Positions 8,842-17,433 of a stretch of DNA of 64,000 bases are shown one piece after another. The stretch is from Actinomycetota bacterium (GTDB lineage Bacteria > Actinomycetota > Acidimicrobiia > Acidimicrobiales > Ilumatobacteraceae). Position numbers and translations under genes: made by a program. The first letter of the stretch is position 1; each line of letters begins with the position of its first letter. The stretch spans positions 41,635 through 105,634 of the forward strand of contig CANGIP010000005.1 in NCBI GenBank assembly GCA_947454105.1, in the 5' to 3' direction. The notes under the pieces are model-generated. The model made no database searches, had not been told where the DNA came from, and saw nothing but the letters and a program-made list of their open reading frames with translations.

Positions 8842-9921
8842 TCAGTTATCGTTTGTAGGTAGTCCTGACGCATTCAACGTATTCATGATTGTTTCTTCGT
8901 CGCACACGACATTGCGAGGCTGACTCACAACCGGTGCAGTGTCGGGAACAAAGTTTGAAGATTTGTTTGTCGATTGAAGCATGTGCTTTTCAAAAATACG
9001 CATCACATGGTCAACGCCAACTTGACGTACTTGTCGTAAGTCGGGCTCAAAATACGGGGCACCAATAGCCGAACCAGAGATGATTTCGTACGACGGGAAA
9101 TACTCAACAAATGGATACAACTTTGTAATTTCGTCAGCTGCTACACGCAAAGTTGCTTTACTAATGGTGGTCGAAACCAAAACATGTCTCGGTTCGAAAG
9201 TGGCAATGAGCGGTACTGGTGACACCGTCAAAATGATTCGAAGGTTTGGGTTGAGTTTTCGAGCTTTGGCAATGAAAATATGCAGATCGGCAATGACTTC
9301 GTTGACTCCGAAATTGATAAAGGCATATTGATCGTCTGAATATGAGCCTCCACTTACACCTGGGGCAACAGGGAAAACCGACCCATCGGTCTTTGAAATA
9401 AATGTCTCGGTGAGTCCGAGAGTAAAGACCAATACGTCACTCTCGAGAAAGATTCGTCGGACTGCTTCTAGGTGTTCATCACGAGATTGAACAACTCGCT
9501 CAGGGGAGTCCCAAGGTTTTGGCTCAATCTGTGGGCGGTAAGGGTCGACAAATCCGCCGACGGTTTCCCATACTTGTTCGCTCGGATTGAATTCTCCGAA
9601 TGCTCGATCAATCAGTTGAATGCCTTGTCGGACTGTGTAGACATTTCCGTACCGAGCTGAGAAGACTCCGTAGTTGCGCGCCGAGTTTGTTTCGTCTGAA
9701 TCGTTGGCGTTACCTTGCTCGGCAATGAAATACGAAAGTCCGCGTTTGACGAGATGGCGGGAAATGTGCTGGGCGAAGCAACTGCCCATTGTTGCGACTT
9801 GATCGCCCGGTTGAATCTGAAACTTCGCTGAGGTCATCGGGTCGAGAGCGCCTGGAGGTGCTTGTGTTACGCCGGTATTCCAGAATTGGTGAGAAGGAAG
9901 TCCGCGATATGGATGACTCAC
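8842..9921 (-). CDS. GSCFA family protein
   Basis: 359 aa. 'VATMGSCFAQHISRHL' is the family-defining GSCFA motif (PF08885). ATGA overlap with the upstream gene. Confidence 0.75.
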   Translation of the reverse strand: MSHPYRGLPSHQFWNTGVTQAPPGALDPMTSAKFQIQPGDQVATMGSCFAQHISRHLVKRGLSYFIAEQGNANDSDETNSARNYGVFSARYGNVYTVRQGIQLIDRAFGEFNPSEQVWETVGGFVDPYRPQIEPKPWDSPERVVQSRDEHLEAVRRIFLESDVLVFTLGLTETFISKTDGSVFPVAPGVSGGSYSDDQYAFINFGVNEVIADLHIFIAKARKLNPNLRIILTVSPVPLIATFEPRHVLVSTTISKATLRVAADEITKLYPFVEYFPSYEIISGSAIGAPYFEPDLRQVRQVGVDHVMRIFEKHMLQSTNKSSNFVPDTAPVVSQPRNVVCDEETIMNTLNASGLPTNDN

Positions 9922-10838
9922 AATTTTCCTCCGTTAGCGATTGGCAACAAGACTTCGTCATAAATCGGCCACAACAGTTCGTGACAATCAACGTCGCGTG
10001 GTTGTTGCACCTCATATTTCGCAAACGAGCTTTGAACAAATTCTTCAAGACCAATCACCGAATGGTCTTCAAGCTTCCACATGAATGCACCTTTGATACC
10101 GAGGCCATTGGCAACTGACGGATAGACCGACCACGAAAAACTAGCCATGAATAGGCCATCAACCATCATGTTTTCGATGGGGATGCTGTCGATGTCAATT
10201 GAGGGATCGATCTGCTTTGCGAGTAGTCGCGCCATTTGTGCCATCGCGGGCACCTTGGGATGGTTCACCGTATGCATGAAAGCGCCAGCACGTTGCAGCG
10301 GGATGACGAAATCGCGGTAATCCAAATGTGGAAATGGAACGAAGTCATGGCGCAACCGATCAATTGAAACTTGCCAACGATCGTGATAGCCGAGTGCGCT
10401 AAGTATTTCGGGTGTGAACAGCGAGATGGTTTGTTGGGCGTTTAGGCCATGTTGCCAAGCCCACAGTGCGATCGCAGAGTTATACGGGCCAGTGGCACCT
10501 TCAACGAGTGACCCATCGCTCATCCATGCATAGACCTGGTCGGGATGAAAAGCATTGAAATAAAGCTCGGGGAAACGGACCACTCTTAGGTGAGGTTTAT
10601 TGACTCGCCCTAACGCCGCCAATTGCATCCCTTCAGGACCAGAAAATAGCCATACATCGGCTTTAGAGAGTTGTTCGTCAAGGACAGAGTCATCCACTCC
10701 TACGCGAGGTACGGGAACAATGACGTCAGCCGGTAAGAGCATCGAAAGTGCAGAGGTCAACCCCCCAGTCATGCAGTTGCTAGAAATAACTATTCGCATC
10801 TCGCTGCTTTCTTGAAAATCAGAGACGATACTCAACAT
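9918..10838 (-). CDS. hypothetical protein, possibly WcbI-like polysaccharide-modification protein
   Basis: 306-aa soluble ORF translationally coupled to the GSCFA gene. 'MRIVISSNCMTGG' resembles the WcbI family N-terminus, from memory only. Confidence 0.45.
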   Translation of the reverse strand: MLSIVSDFQESSEMRIVISSNCMTGGLTSALSMLLPADVIVPVPRVGVDDSVLDEQLSKADVWLFSGPEGMQLAALGRVNKPHLRVVRFPELYFNAFHPDQVYAWMSDGSLVEGATGPYNSAIALWAWQHGLNAQQTISLFTPEILSALGYHDRWQVSIDRLRHDFVPFPHLDYRDFVIPLQRAGAFMHTVNHPKVPAMAQMARLLAKQIDPSIDIDSIPIENMMVDGLFMASFSWSVYPSVANGLGIKGAFMWKLEDHSVIGLEEFVQSSFAKYEVQQPRDVDCHELLWPIYDEVLLPIANGGKL

Positions 10839-10843
10839 GTGAA

Positions 10844-11596
10844 ATGAATATAAGTAACCTACTACTAGTGAAAAAGTGGTCCTGCGTTATATGTGGCTTT
10901 CAAAATAAAAAGTCCGAACCTTCCAGAGAAGCCATGTTGTGTGCAAAATGCAACTCAACCTGGCGAGTCCGCGCAACCGCGTTGGGCGTCTTGGTTGGAA
11001 CTGGTATGCCACAAGCGCCTTTTCCGGAAGTTAACCCCAATTGGTTTTGGCGCGGCGTCGGTACCAGCGATCACATGGCGTTAGCTGGGGCGCTTGCCTC
11101 AAGATTTGATTACACGAATTCTTATTATCATCGGTTTCCTCGCCTCGATTTGCTGAATGTCTCCGAAGACCAACGACGCCAGTTTGGGTTTGTTATTTGT
11201 TCTGATGTGCTTGAGCATGTGCCACCGCCGGCCGATCGGGCGTTAGCCGGAATTGCTGATCTATTAGATGATCATGGTTTTGCAATTCTGTCAGTACCGT
11301 GTGGTGGACGGGTAGTCGCAACAGACGAGTTCTATCCAGGTTTAGCGTCTTGGACCGAATTTGAAGATCGTGTTGAGTGGGTTGACACCAGCGGAAATCA
11401 GCACACAGATTTTGAACCAGAATTCCACGGTGGTGGTGGCCAGACATTGGCATTCAGACTTTGGGGCATGGAAGATTTTTGTTCCCGATTGATTGCTTCG
11501 GGCTTTAATGCAGTTAATGAGATTCCGAATAACAGTGAATTAGGTGTACCAGAGATCGAAGGTTCGGGAATCTTCATCGCTCACGTCAATCGATAG
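10844..11596 (+). CDS. class I SAM-dependent methyltransferase with N-terminal CxxC...CxxC zinc ribbon
   Basis: 250 aa. 'CVICGF...CAKCNSTWRVR' is followed by 'VICSDVLEHVPPP' and 'DDHGFAILSVP' (Methyltransf_11-like blocks). Confidence 0.7.
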   Translation: MNISNLLLVKKWSCVICGFQNKKSEPSREAMLCAKCNSTWRVRATALGVLVGTGMPQAPFPEVNPNWFWRGVGTSDHMALAGALASRFDYTNSYYHRFPRLDLLNVSEDQRRQFGFVICSDVLEHVPPPADRALAGIADLLDDHGFAILSVPCGGRVVATDEFYPGLASWTEFEDRVEWVDTSGNQHTDFEPEFHGGGGQTLAFRLWGMEDFCSRLIASGFNAVNEIPNNSELGVPEIEGSGIFIAHVNR

Positions 11597-11620
11597 AACC
11601 ACGACTATTGAAGCTGAACT

Positions 11621-11636
11621 TTGATTGATTGATTGA
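11621..11636. repeat. (ttga)x4 tetranucleotide repeat in a convergent intergenic spacer
   Basis: Direct reading: ttgattgattgattga. Confidence 0.9.
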
Positions 11637-11699
11637 TCTTGCAATAGTTTTGTGAACTAAAGCATCCATCGAACACGCATTGTCAGCTAAATCTCTGAT

Positions 11700-13244
11700 T
11701 CAATCCCCTGAAATATTCCATATGCCGTCTGAATTTCGTTGGACTTTTGCTTCAGCTTCAGAGTTCTGGCAATCAGAACCATCGCCACTTAAGGTGATGG
11801 AGAGCAAGGACCCAAATGGCTTGAGAAATGCGGCACCGGCCTGCGTTTCTGCGGCAAACCTTTGAAGTTCAGCCTGGGATTCAAAAACAAAACAAAGTGA
11901 AGTGTCGCGCGTTCTCTCAACTTCTTGCGAGATATTACTCAGGCTCTGTCCACGTGAATTCCCGGAGAAATACGACCGCGTGCCACGTCCACTCAAGAAC
12001 AAGAGAGCGACCATGCTGATGACTAATAGATACTGAACTAAGTTTACTAAAAATCTTGAATCAAACTTTGTGTCAACAGTTTCATGTTGATAGACGAAAG
12101 CGGATGCTGCTAAAGGCAGTAATAAATATGTTGAACTATGTTGGTTCGCCTGGGCAAGCACAGGAATAAGTACAGAGAGTCCAAGTATCGGACCTCCAAA
12201 AACTTGGACGACCCGATCTCGACGATATAACCGCATCACAATCAACGTGACCCAAGAAAATATCGCGGTTATCAAGAGAGTTTTTTGGAACGAATTGTTT
12301 GCCACAAGCAAATTCCAATACCAGTCAATATTGGGTCTAATGGCATGGATCGACAATCCATATAGGTCGCGGGCCCCGAAAGATTCCCAAAATTGATTTG
12401 ATGATTTGAGGGAAAACACGCAAACCAGTAACAACCAAAGGACACTGGAGAGGGCATGGAGAGAATAGACCTTTGAAAATCGAGTGATATTGAAAACAAC
12501 AAACAGACTCCAAACGACCAATAGGAATGCTGGTCCAATAAAAATTTGATTACTCAAAATTGCTAGAGATGCAACAAGAGAAATGAGAGGTAGATATGCC
12601 AAGGTCCGTCTTCTAGAGCTTTGGTCCTTCACGCGAGTAAGGAAACAGATTGTCACAGCTACAAAAAAGAAGCCCAGGCAATGGGAAATATTTGCTGCCC
12701 ATAAGACTGTGTCAAAGAGCGAAGAACTCATTGAGAGAAAAGTAAACGAGATTAATAGCGCAGATCGGTAACTCTTCAACGAGTGGTAGAGAAGAAAGTA
12801 GCTCGCCAAAATCAAAGAAAGATTAGTCATTAGATACGGCACGGCACTGCTGTGTCCAGCAGCCAAACCCATGAAGTACCAATACAAGTTGTTGCCGAGT
12901 AGCCGGCCTGCATAAGCAGAACCATTGATTAAAGATCCAGGGCTATCCAGAAATCTTGAGCCCCACAGAAAGTCATCTGCAAAAAAATGTGAACCAGAGA
13001 TCGACACTACAAGTGTTGTGTAAATAGGGGCTAGAGCGAGAAACCAAAATGTTAAGAGTATTTTTCTTTTACTTGTCAAAATAAGGGCCTGCTTCAAGAA
13101 TGAGCTTCTGTTCGGCTCGCACTGTAACGCATGTGGTTGGGCAGAACTTGAACCTTTCAATCGTTTGAAATACTGAAAATACTTGATTTGTCTAGAGTCG
13201 TCATTCAACTTGGGTTGAAGGACATACGTCACTTTAAATCTCAT
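11700..13244 (-). CDS. polytopic membrane protein (GT-C-like or Wzy-like), family unknown
   Basis: 514 aa with many hydrophobic spans. An acidic 'FFADDFLW' motif follows the first span. The sequence is AT-rich. The C-terminal ~100 aa are soluble. Confidence 0.55.
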   Translation of the reverse strand: MRFKVTYVLQPKLNDDSRQIKYFQYFKRLKGSSSAQPHALQCEPNRSSFLKQALILTSKRKILLTFWFLALAPIYTTLVVSISGSHFFADDFLWGSRFLDSPGSLINGSAYAGRLLGNNLYWYFMGLAAGHSSAVPYLMTNLSLILASYFLLYHSLKSYRSALLISFTFLSMSSSLFDTVLWAANISHCLGFFFVAVTICFLTRVKDQSSRRRTLAYLPLISLVASLAILSNQIFIGPAFLLVVWSLFVVFNITRFSKVYSLHALSSVLWLLLVCVFSLKSSNQFWESFGARDLYGLSIHAIRPNIDWYWNLLVANNSFQKTLLITAIFSWVTLIVMRLYRRDRVVQVFGGPILGLSVLIPVLAQANQHSSTYLLLPLAASAFVYQHETVDTKFDSRFLVNLVQYLLVISMVALLFLSGRGTRSYFSGNSRGQSLSNISQEVERTRDTSLCFVFESQAELQRFAAETQAGAAFLKPFGSLLSITLSGDGSDCQNSEAEAKVQRNSDGIWNISGD

Positions 13245-13314
13245 TGATTTGTTTGAAACCGTTATTCGGAAAATTTGCGCAAAAACTGTTCTAGGGTGCT
13301 CACGAGATGAATAG
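13245..13314. promoter_or_regulatory. divergent promoter region
   Basis: 70-bp spacer between divergently oriented CDSs. No specific motif is claimed. Confidence 0.35.
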
Positions 13315-14571
13315 TTGAAGCAACTCGCAGAGGCTCAATTCAGAAGAATAATAAAAGTTAAATACCTGCTCGTGTTTGCGGTCGTTGCCATCGCAATGGT
13401 TCATATTGGGCAAGCCGCCCCGATTCCAGTCCTCAACCAGCCCTATCCTGATGCGCTTTCTTATGTAAGAGAAGCAGTACAGATCTCAGAAGGAGAAGGG
13501 TTCAAGACCGATTTTGACGAGCGTCTGGACATTAAGAGCACAATTAAGGAATCAAAAGGGCTATTTTCGTCTCGTTACCCACCGGGATTTCCAATTTTTC
13601 TTGCCCCATTCGCACTTATCAATGGCGAGCGAGGTGTCCAATGGGGATCAAAAGCTGTATCGGTCATCCTGCCACTTCTACTCGCGCTATTAGCACTAGA
13701 AATTTATGGACCATTAGCAGCGATACTTACCTCAATTTTTGTGATCCTTTCGCCTTTCGCTAGTGAATCAGCATCGCTTGTATTTTCTGACCTGTTTGGA
13801 GCGGTGATTACCCTTCTTGCCATTGGGGCTCTACTTATGGCTAGGCGATTTCCTCAGGGCAATTATTTGACTAAATATTCGTTTGTTCTGTTTGGAGTAT
13901 TTTGTGGTTTTGGTTTGCTGTCCAGAACATCACTTGTCATTCTTCTTCTTGCTGCTGGTTTGGTGTTCATTCGAGAGAAGGCTCTCAAGTTCATCATTAT
14001 CGGCGCATTGCCATTTCTAATTCTTCTCGGTAGCTACCAATGGATCGAATTTGGCAGTCCTTTGCGAAGTGGATATTCCGAGTTTGTCGTAGGCGTCGAT
14101 GAATTTGCCCCAAAATGGGCGACTAAGAGTGAGATATTTGGTGAGCGTGCCTTTATTTATTCAGACCGGTTAAACGGTGGAGCAGTGCGTTGGACTTGTC
14201 CATGTGATGAGTTCGGACCAATGGGCAAAGCTCCAAACATTGTTTTCTATCCTTTGGTTTTAGCTGGAATGTACTGGATTTTTTCCCCCCCAGTGCTGGG
14301 GGTGGTGGGTCTTTTTTACCTTATTAAACGAAGGTCGGTCATCGAGAACAGGTTTGCCATTTGCGTGATTTTCCTAAATCTAGTGATGTCAATTTTTTAT
14401 TTTTATCAGGGCGCTCGTTTGGTCGCTCCAGCGGGGTATCTCCTGCTCCTGTTCGGGAGTGTCGGGTTGGCCAAGTTGCTGACGAGGTTGAAGTTTCTCT
14501 TCATGGGTTGGTTATCAAAGTCTGAGCGTCTTCGTAACGCCAGACGGCCGAGTACTTCAATGCAGTCTTAA
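13315..14571 (+). CDS. GT-C fold membrane glycosyltransferase (PMT_2/ArnT-like)
   Basis: 418-aa polytopic ORF. 'YPDALSYVREAVQISEGEGF' follows TM1, as in GT39/GT83-type enzymes, and 'YPPGFPIFLAPF' is also present. The start codon is TTG. Confidence 0.55.
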   Translation: MKQLAEAQFRRIIKVKYLLVFAVVAIAMVHIGQAAPIPVLNQPYPDALSYVREAVQISEGEGFKTDFDERLDIKSTIKESKGLFSSRYPPGFPIFLAPFALINGERGVQWGSKAVSVILPLLLALLALEIYGPLAAILTSIFVILSPFASESASLVFSDLFGAVITLLAIGALLMARRFPQGNYLTKYSFVLFGVFCGFGLLSRTSLVILLLAAGLVFIREKALKFIIIGALPFLILLGSYQWIEFGSPLRSGYSEFVVGVDEFAPKWATKSEIFGERAFIYSDRLNGGAVRWTCPCDEFGPMGKAPNIVFYPLVLAGMYWIFSPPVLGVVGLFYLIKRRSVIENRFAICVIFLNLVMSIFYFYQGARLVAPAGYLLLLFGSVGLAKLLTRLKFLFMGWLSKSERLRNARRPSTSMQS

Positions 14572-14701
14572 TTGAGGAGTTGCTCAATTCATCAGACGTG
14601 TACCGATCCCAAGGAGACTGGTCAATCTAGATCTCAGTCTTTCAACTAATAGTTGAGTAAAATTCTTTGCAGCCTCAAGCGAGTAGTGAAGGATTGATGT
14701 T

Positions 14702-15790
14702 GTGACGAGCTTTAATAATTGGCCACAGCCGTCTGCTGAAGGAATTGAATCGCTTTTTGACTTTTACCGGGCGCACAAGGTTTTAGTAACGGGTGGCGGA
14801 AGTTTCATTGGATCTCGTCTGGTAGATGCCTTGTTAGAAATGGACTGCTTTGTCACTGTCTTGGATGATTTTTCGTCAGGTAAGAAGAGCAATCTCCAGC
14901 TACAAAATCCAAACCTTCGAATTATTGAAATTGAATTATCCGACAAAGTGAGTGCCGCAGCACATTTCTCAAATCAAGATTTAGTCTTTCACCTTGCTGC
15001 CGTGCACGGTGGGCGCGGTTTCATCGAAAAGTACCCTCAGAAGACTTTGGCAAACCTAGTTTTGGACCACAACGTTTTTGAATTGTCGGTAGCCAACCAT
15101 GTTCAGAGAATCGTGCATGCCTCAAGCGCTTGCGCCTACCCGATTCATTTGCAGGAAGATGCAAAAAGCTTGTTGAAACTGTCCGAACTCGAATTGGGTT
15201 CGATGGATTCCCCGGGTTGCACCCCCGACGGAACATATGGTTGGACCAAACTCATCGGTGAATATCAACTTGAAAAGCTGGTCGCACCCACCGCAACAAC
15301 AGGTCGTTCTGCACGAATTTTTACCGCATACGGAGAGAGGGAAAACGAGTCGCATGCGGCCATCGCTCTCATCGCCAAGGCATTGCTTAAAATGGACCCA
15401 TACCCAATATGGGGCAGCGGTCTTCAGACCCGCAACTTTACCTACGTCACAGACACAGTCCGAGGCTTGCTTCAACTAGGTGCAGATTCTCGCCCTATAT
15501 CATTTGATGTCATGAACGTCGGGACTAGTGACCACATTCCTGTTTTGGATTTCATAGAAACGATTTTTGAAATCATCGGTTGGCATCCCAACGAAATATC
15601 TAAGGATCTGAGTAAGCCACAGGGTGTGGCATCTCGCGCAGCCGACAACACCTACATGAAGAGAACATTTGGTTGGGAACCCAGAGTTTCGATATCCGAA
15701 GGACTCACCCGAACAATTGAGTGGTATTCGCAACTCGAGGGTCGGCCGAATTCAATTGATGCCTTAACGCAACTCCTTGAATCCCGGTAG
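14702..15790 (+). CDS. NAD-dependent epimerase/dehydratase (extended SDR)
   Basis: 362 aa. 'VLVTGGGSFIGSRLV' Rossmann motif and 'YGWTK' YxxxK motif. GTG start. Confidence 0.8.
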   Translation: MTSFNNWPQPSAEGIESLFDFYRAHKVLVTGGGSFIGSRLVDALLEMDCFVTVLDDFSSGKKSNLQLQNPNLRIIEIELSDKVSAAAHFSNQDLVFHLAAVHGGRGFIEKYPQKTLANLVLDHNVFELSVANHVQRIVHASSACAYPIHLQEDAKSLLKLSELELGSMDSPGCTPDGTYGWTKLIGEYQLEKLVAPTATTGRSARIFTAYGERENESHAAIALIAKALLKMDPYPIWGSGLQTRNFTYVTDTVRGLLQLGADSRPISFDVMNVGTSDHIPVLDFIETIFEIIGWHPNEISKDLSKPQGVASRAADNTYMKRTFGWEPRVSISEGLTRTIEWYSQLEGRPNSIDALTQLLESR

Positions 15791-15801
15791 GACAAAGTAC
15801 T

Positions 15802-17352
15802 TTGAGTATCTCTGCTCGTCCGACGCTTTTTGCGAATAATTGGGACAGGTTCGGTGGTCGTGCTTTAGAAATTTTGTCCTGCTATGTGTTGTCTCAACGG
15901 CTTGACTGCAGGTTTTCCTTTTTTTGGCCAAATGATCAGCGATTTCCAGATTTGGAACAGCAGTTAACTTTTTTTTCAGACGAATTTATCTCGAGGCATC
16001 AAATCTTTGAAGATACGCCCGTGGATGCGACGACGTATGTAAATGTCAATACTTGCACCATGGCTGAAGCACAATCGTTAGTTGGTGGTCTTTCAGAAGA
16101 TGCTGTATTAAAGGTCCAGAATTTTTTTGCGTTACCAAAATTCGCCGATGAATCTGTACAAGACGCACTATCGCAGTTTTCGCTCATCGCTAAGAGTGTG
16201 ATGAGTCCAGAGTTCACAGGCTTATTCGATGAAGTTTCAGAATCTCACTCCCGAGGAACCACAATTCACGGCCGATTTGGTGACCTTCTTACTGGTCCCT
16301 TTCGCCAATACGTACCGATTACTAAGTACATCGACTCGATTTCTTATCGCCATTTGCTAGATATCACAAAAGTGGATCATCAAAAAATTACTTTTCTTAC
16401 AGACTCAAAGGCAGTGACTGAGGGTCTCCAGAAAATTCTTGGCGTCGCGATTGATATTTGTTACGAGCCTTTTCTGAATGAAACTCGTGTTGGTCCGTTT
16501 TATGAGCAGTGCATCGACTTATTCACTTTGGCCTCATCTCGTTCGGTGTTTGCGGCTGCCGGTAGTGCTTTCTCACAATTTGCCACAATGTTCGGTGGAT
16601 TGCAGATTGCTGAGGTTCGCACAGCACTTATTGACCACTCGGCGGAAAACTTGTTGGATATTGACTTTGAAGAGCACTATTCAAATTTTGCAACTGAGAT
16701 ACGTGGACCTCTAGAGTCTCGCGACCTGGTGAGCTTTTTGCAGATCCATTGGACGGATCTTGAGTTCAACCGAATTAGAGATTTGCTTGAACGGGCATAC
16801 AACGCCGACCCGAATTACGTCTTTGCCTCTTGCGCATGGTCTGTCATCCAGTTGCTCGAGGGAAACCAAGATCTGTCTCTCAAGATTCTTGAAGTTGCCG
16901 AGCTAGAAGCTCGAAAAGTCTTCGGTACGCATCATGATCCACTCGCTTTAGTTCTCTTGGTTAAATACTGTATTTGCAGTTTGCAGTTTGCACAAAAGGC
17001 CGAGAAGGTGCTGGATGAGCTTCTTAGTCTGTCTCCATATCAATTCTATTTTCCTCCTTATCTGGAGTCTTGGAACAAGAGAATTTCGAAAGAAAGTAAA
17101 ATAAAACTCTCTAAAACTTCTCTAATTTCACGATTGTTTTCCAACCTAAGTGGCAAGAAGCGCCTTCGCAGTGACATTGACTTGACTAAATGTTGGGAAG
17201 TAGTGATGAAGAAAAATGTCAACAAGTCGTTGTACTTGTTGCCGTGGAACGAGGTTCTCAACACGAACCAGAATGAATTTCTCTATTCGTTGACAGAGAT
17301 GCTGCTTGTTAGCAAGTTGGGTTCTGATTATCAACACCACTGCATGCAGTAG
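15802..17352 (+). CDS. hypothetical protein (no family recognised; helical C-terminal half)
   Basis: 516-aa ORF with a TTG start, AT-rich. There are only faint motif resemblances ('HGRFGD', 'SRSVFAAAGSAFSQFA') to fucosyltransferase-like GT-B enzymes. Confidence 0.5.
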   Translation: MSISARPTLFANNWDRFGGRALEILSCYVLSQRLDCRFSFFWPNDQRFPDLEQQLTFFSDEFISRHQIFEDTPVDATTYVNVNTCTMAEAQSLVGGLSEDAVLKVQNFFALPKFADESVQDALSQFSLIAKSVMSPEFTGLFDEVSESHSRGTTIHGRFGDLLTGPFRQYVPITKYIDSISYRHLLDITKVDHQKITFLTDSKAVTEGLQKILGVAIDICYEPFLNETRVGPFYEQCIDLFTLASSRSVFAAAGSAFSQFATMFGGLQIAEVRTALIDHSAENLLDIDFEEHYSNFATEIRGPLESRDLVSFLQIHWTDLEFNRIRDLLERAYNADPNYVFASCAWSVIQLLEGNQDLSLKILEVAELEARKVFGTHHDPLALVLLVKYCICSLQFAQKAEKVLDELLSLSPYQFYFPPYLESWNKRISKESKIKLSKTSLISRLFSNLSGKKRLRSDIDLTKCWEVVMKKNVNKSLYLLPWNEVLNTNQNEFLYSLTEMLLVSKLGSDYQHHCMQ

Positions 17353-17433
17353 CTTCTCACCTCGTTGCTCGGTTGGGGATTTGTTTCGAAAATGAAACTC
17401 GTCATTCACTGAGAGTCGGTTGATGGACAGCGA

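Noticed and set aside
11700-17352. Genomic island or mobile element interpretation of the AT-rich block
   Set aside because: No integrase, transposase, tRNA attachment site or flanking direct repeats are visible. I treat it as compositional mosaicism of a glycan locus, not as a mobile element.
17353-17433. Terminator in the convergent spacer between the orphan ORF and the MBOAT gene
   Set aside because: Only a 5-bp stem (gtttc-gaaaat-gaaac) was found. This is too weak to call.
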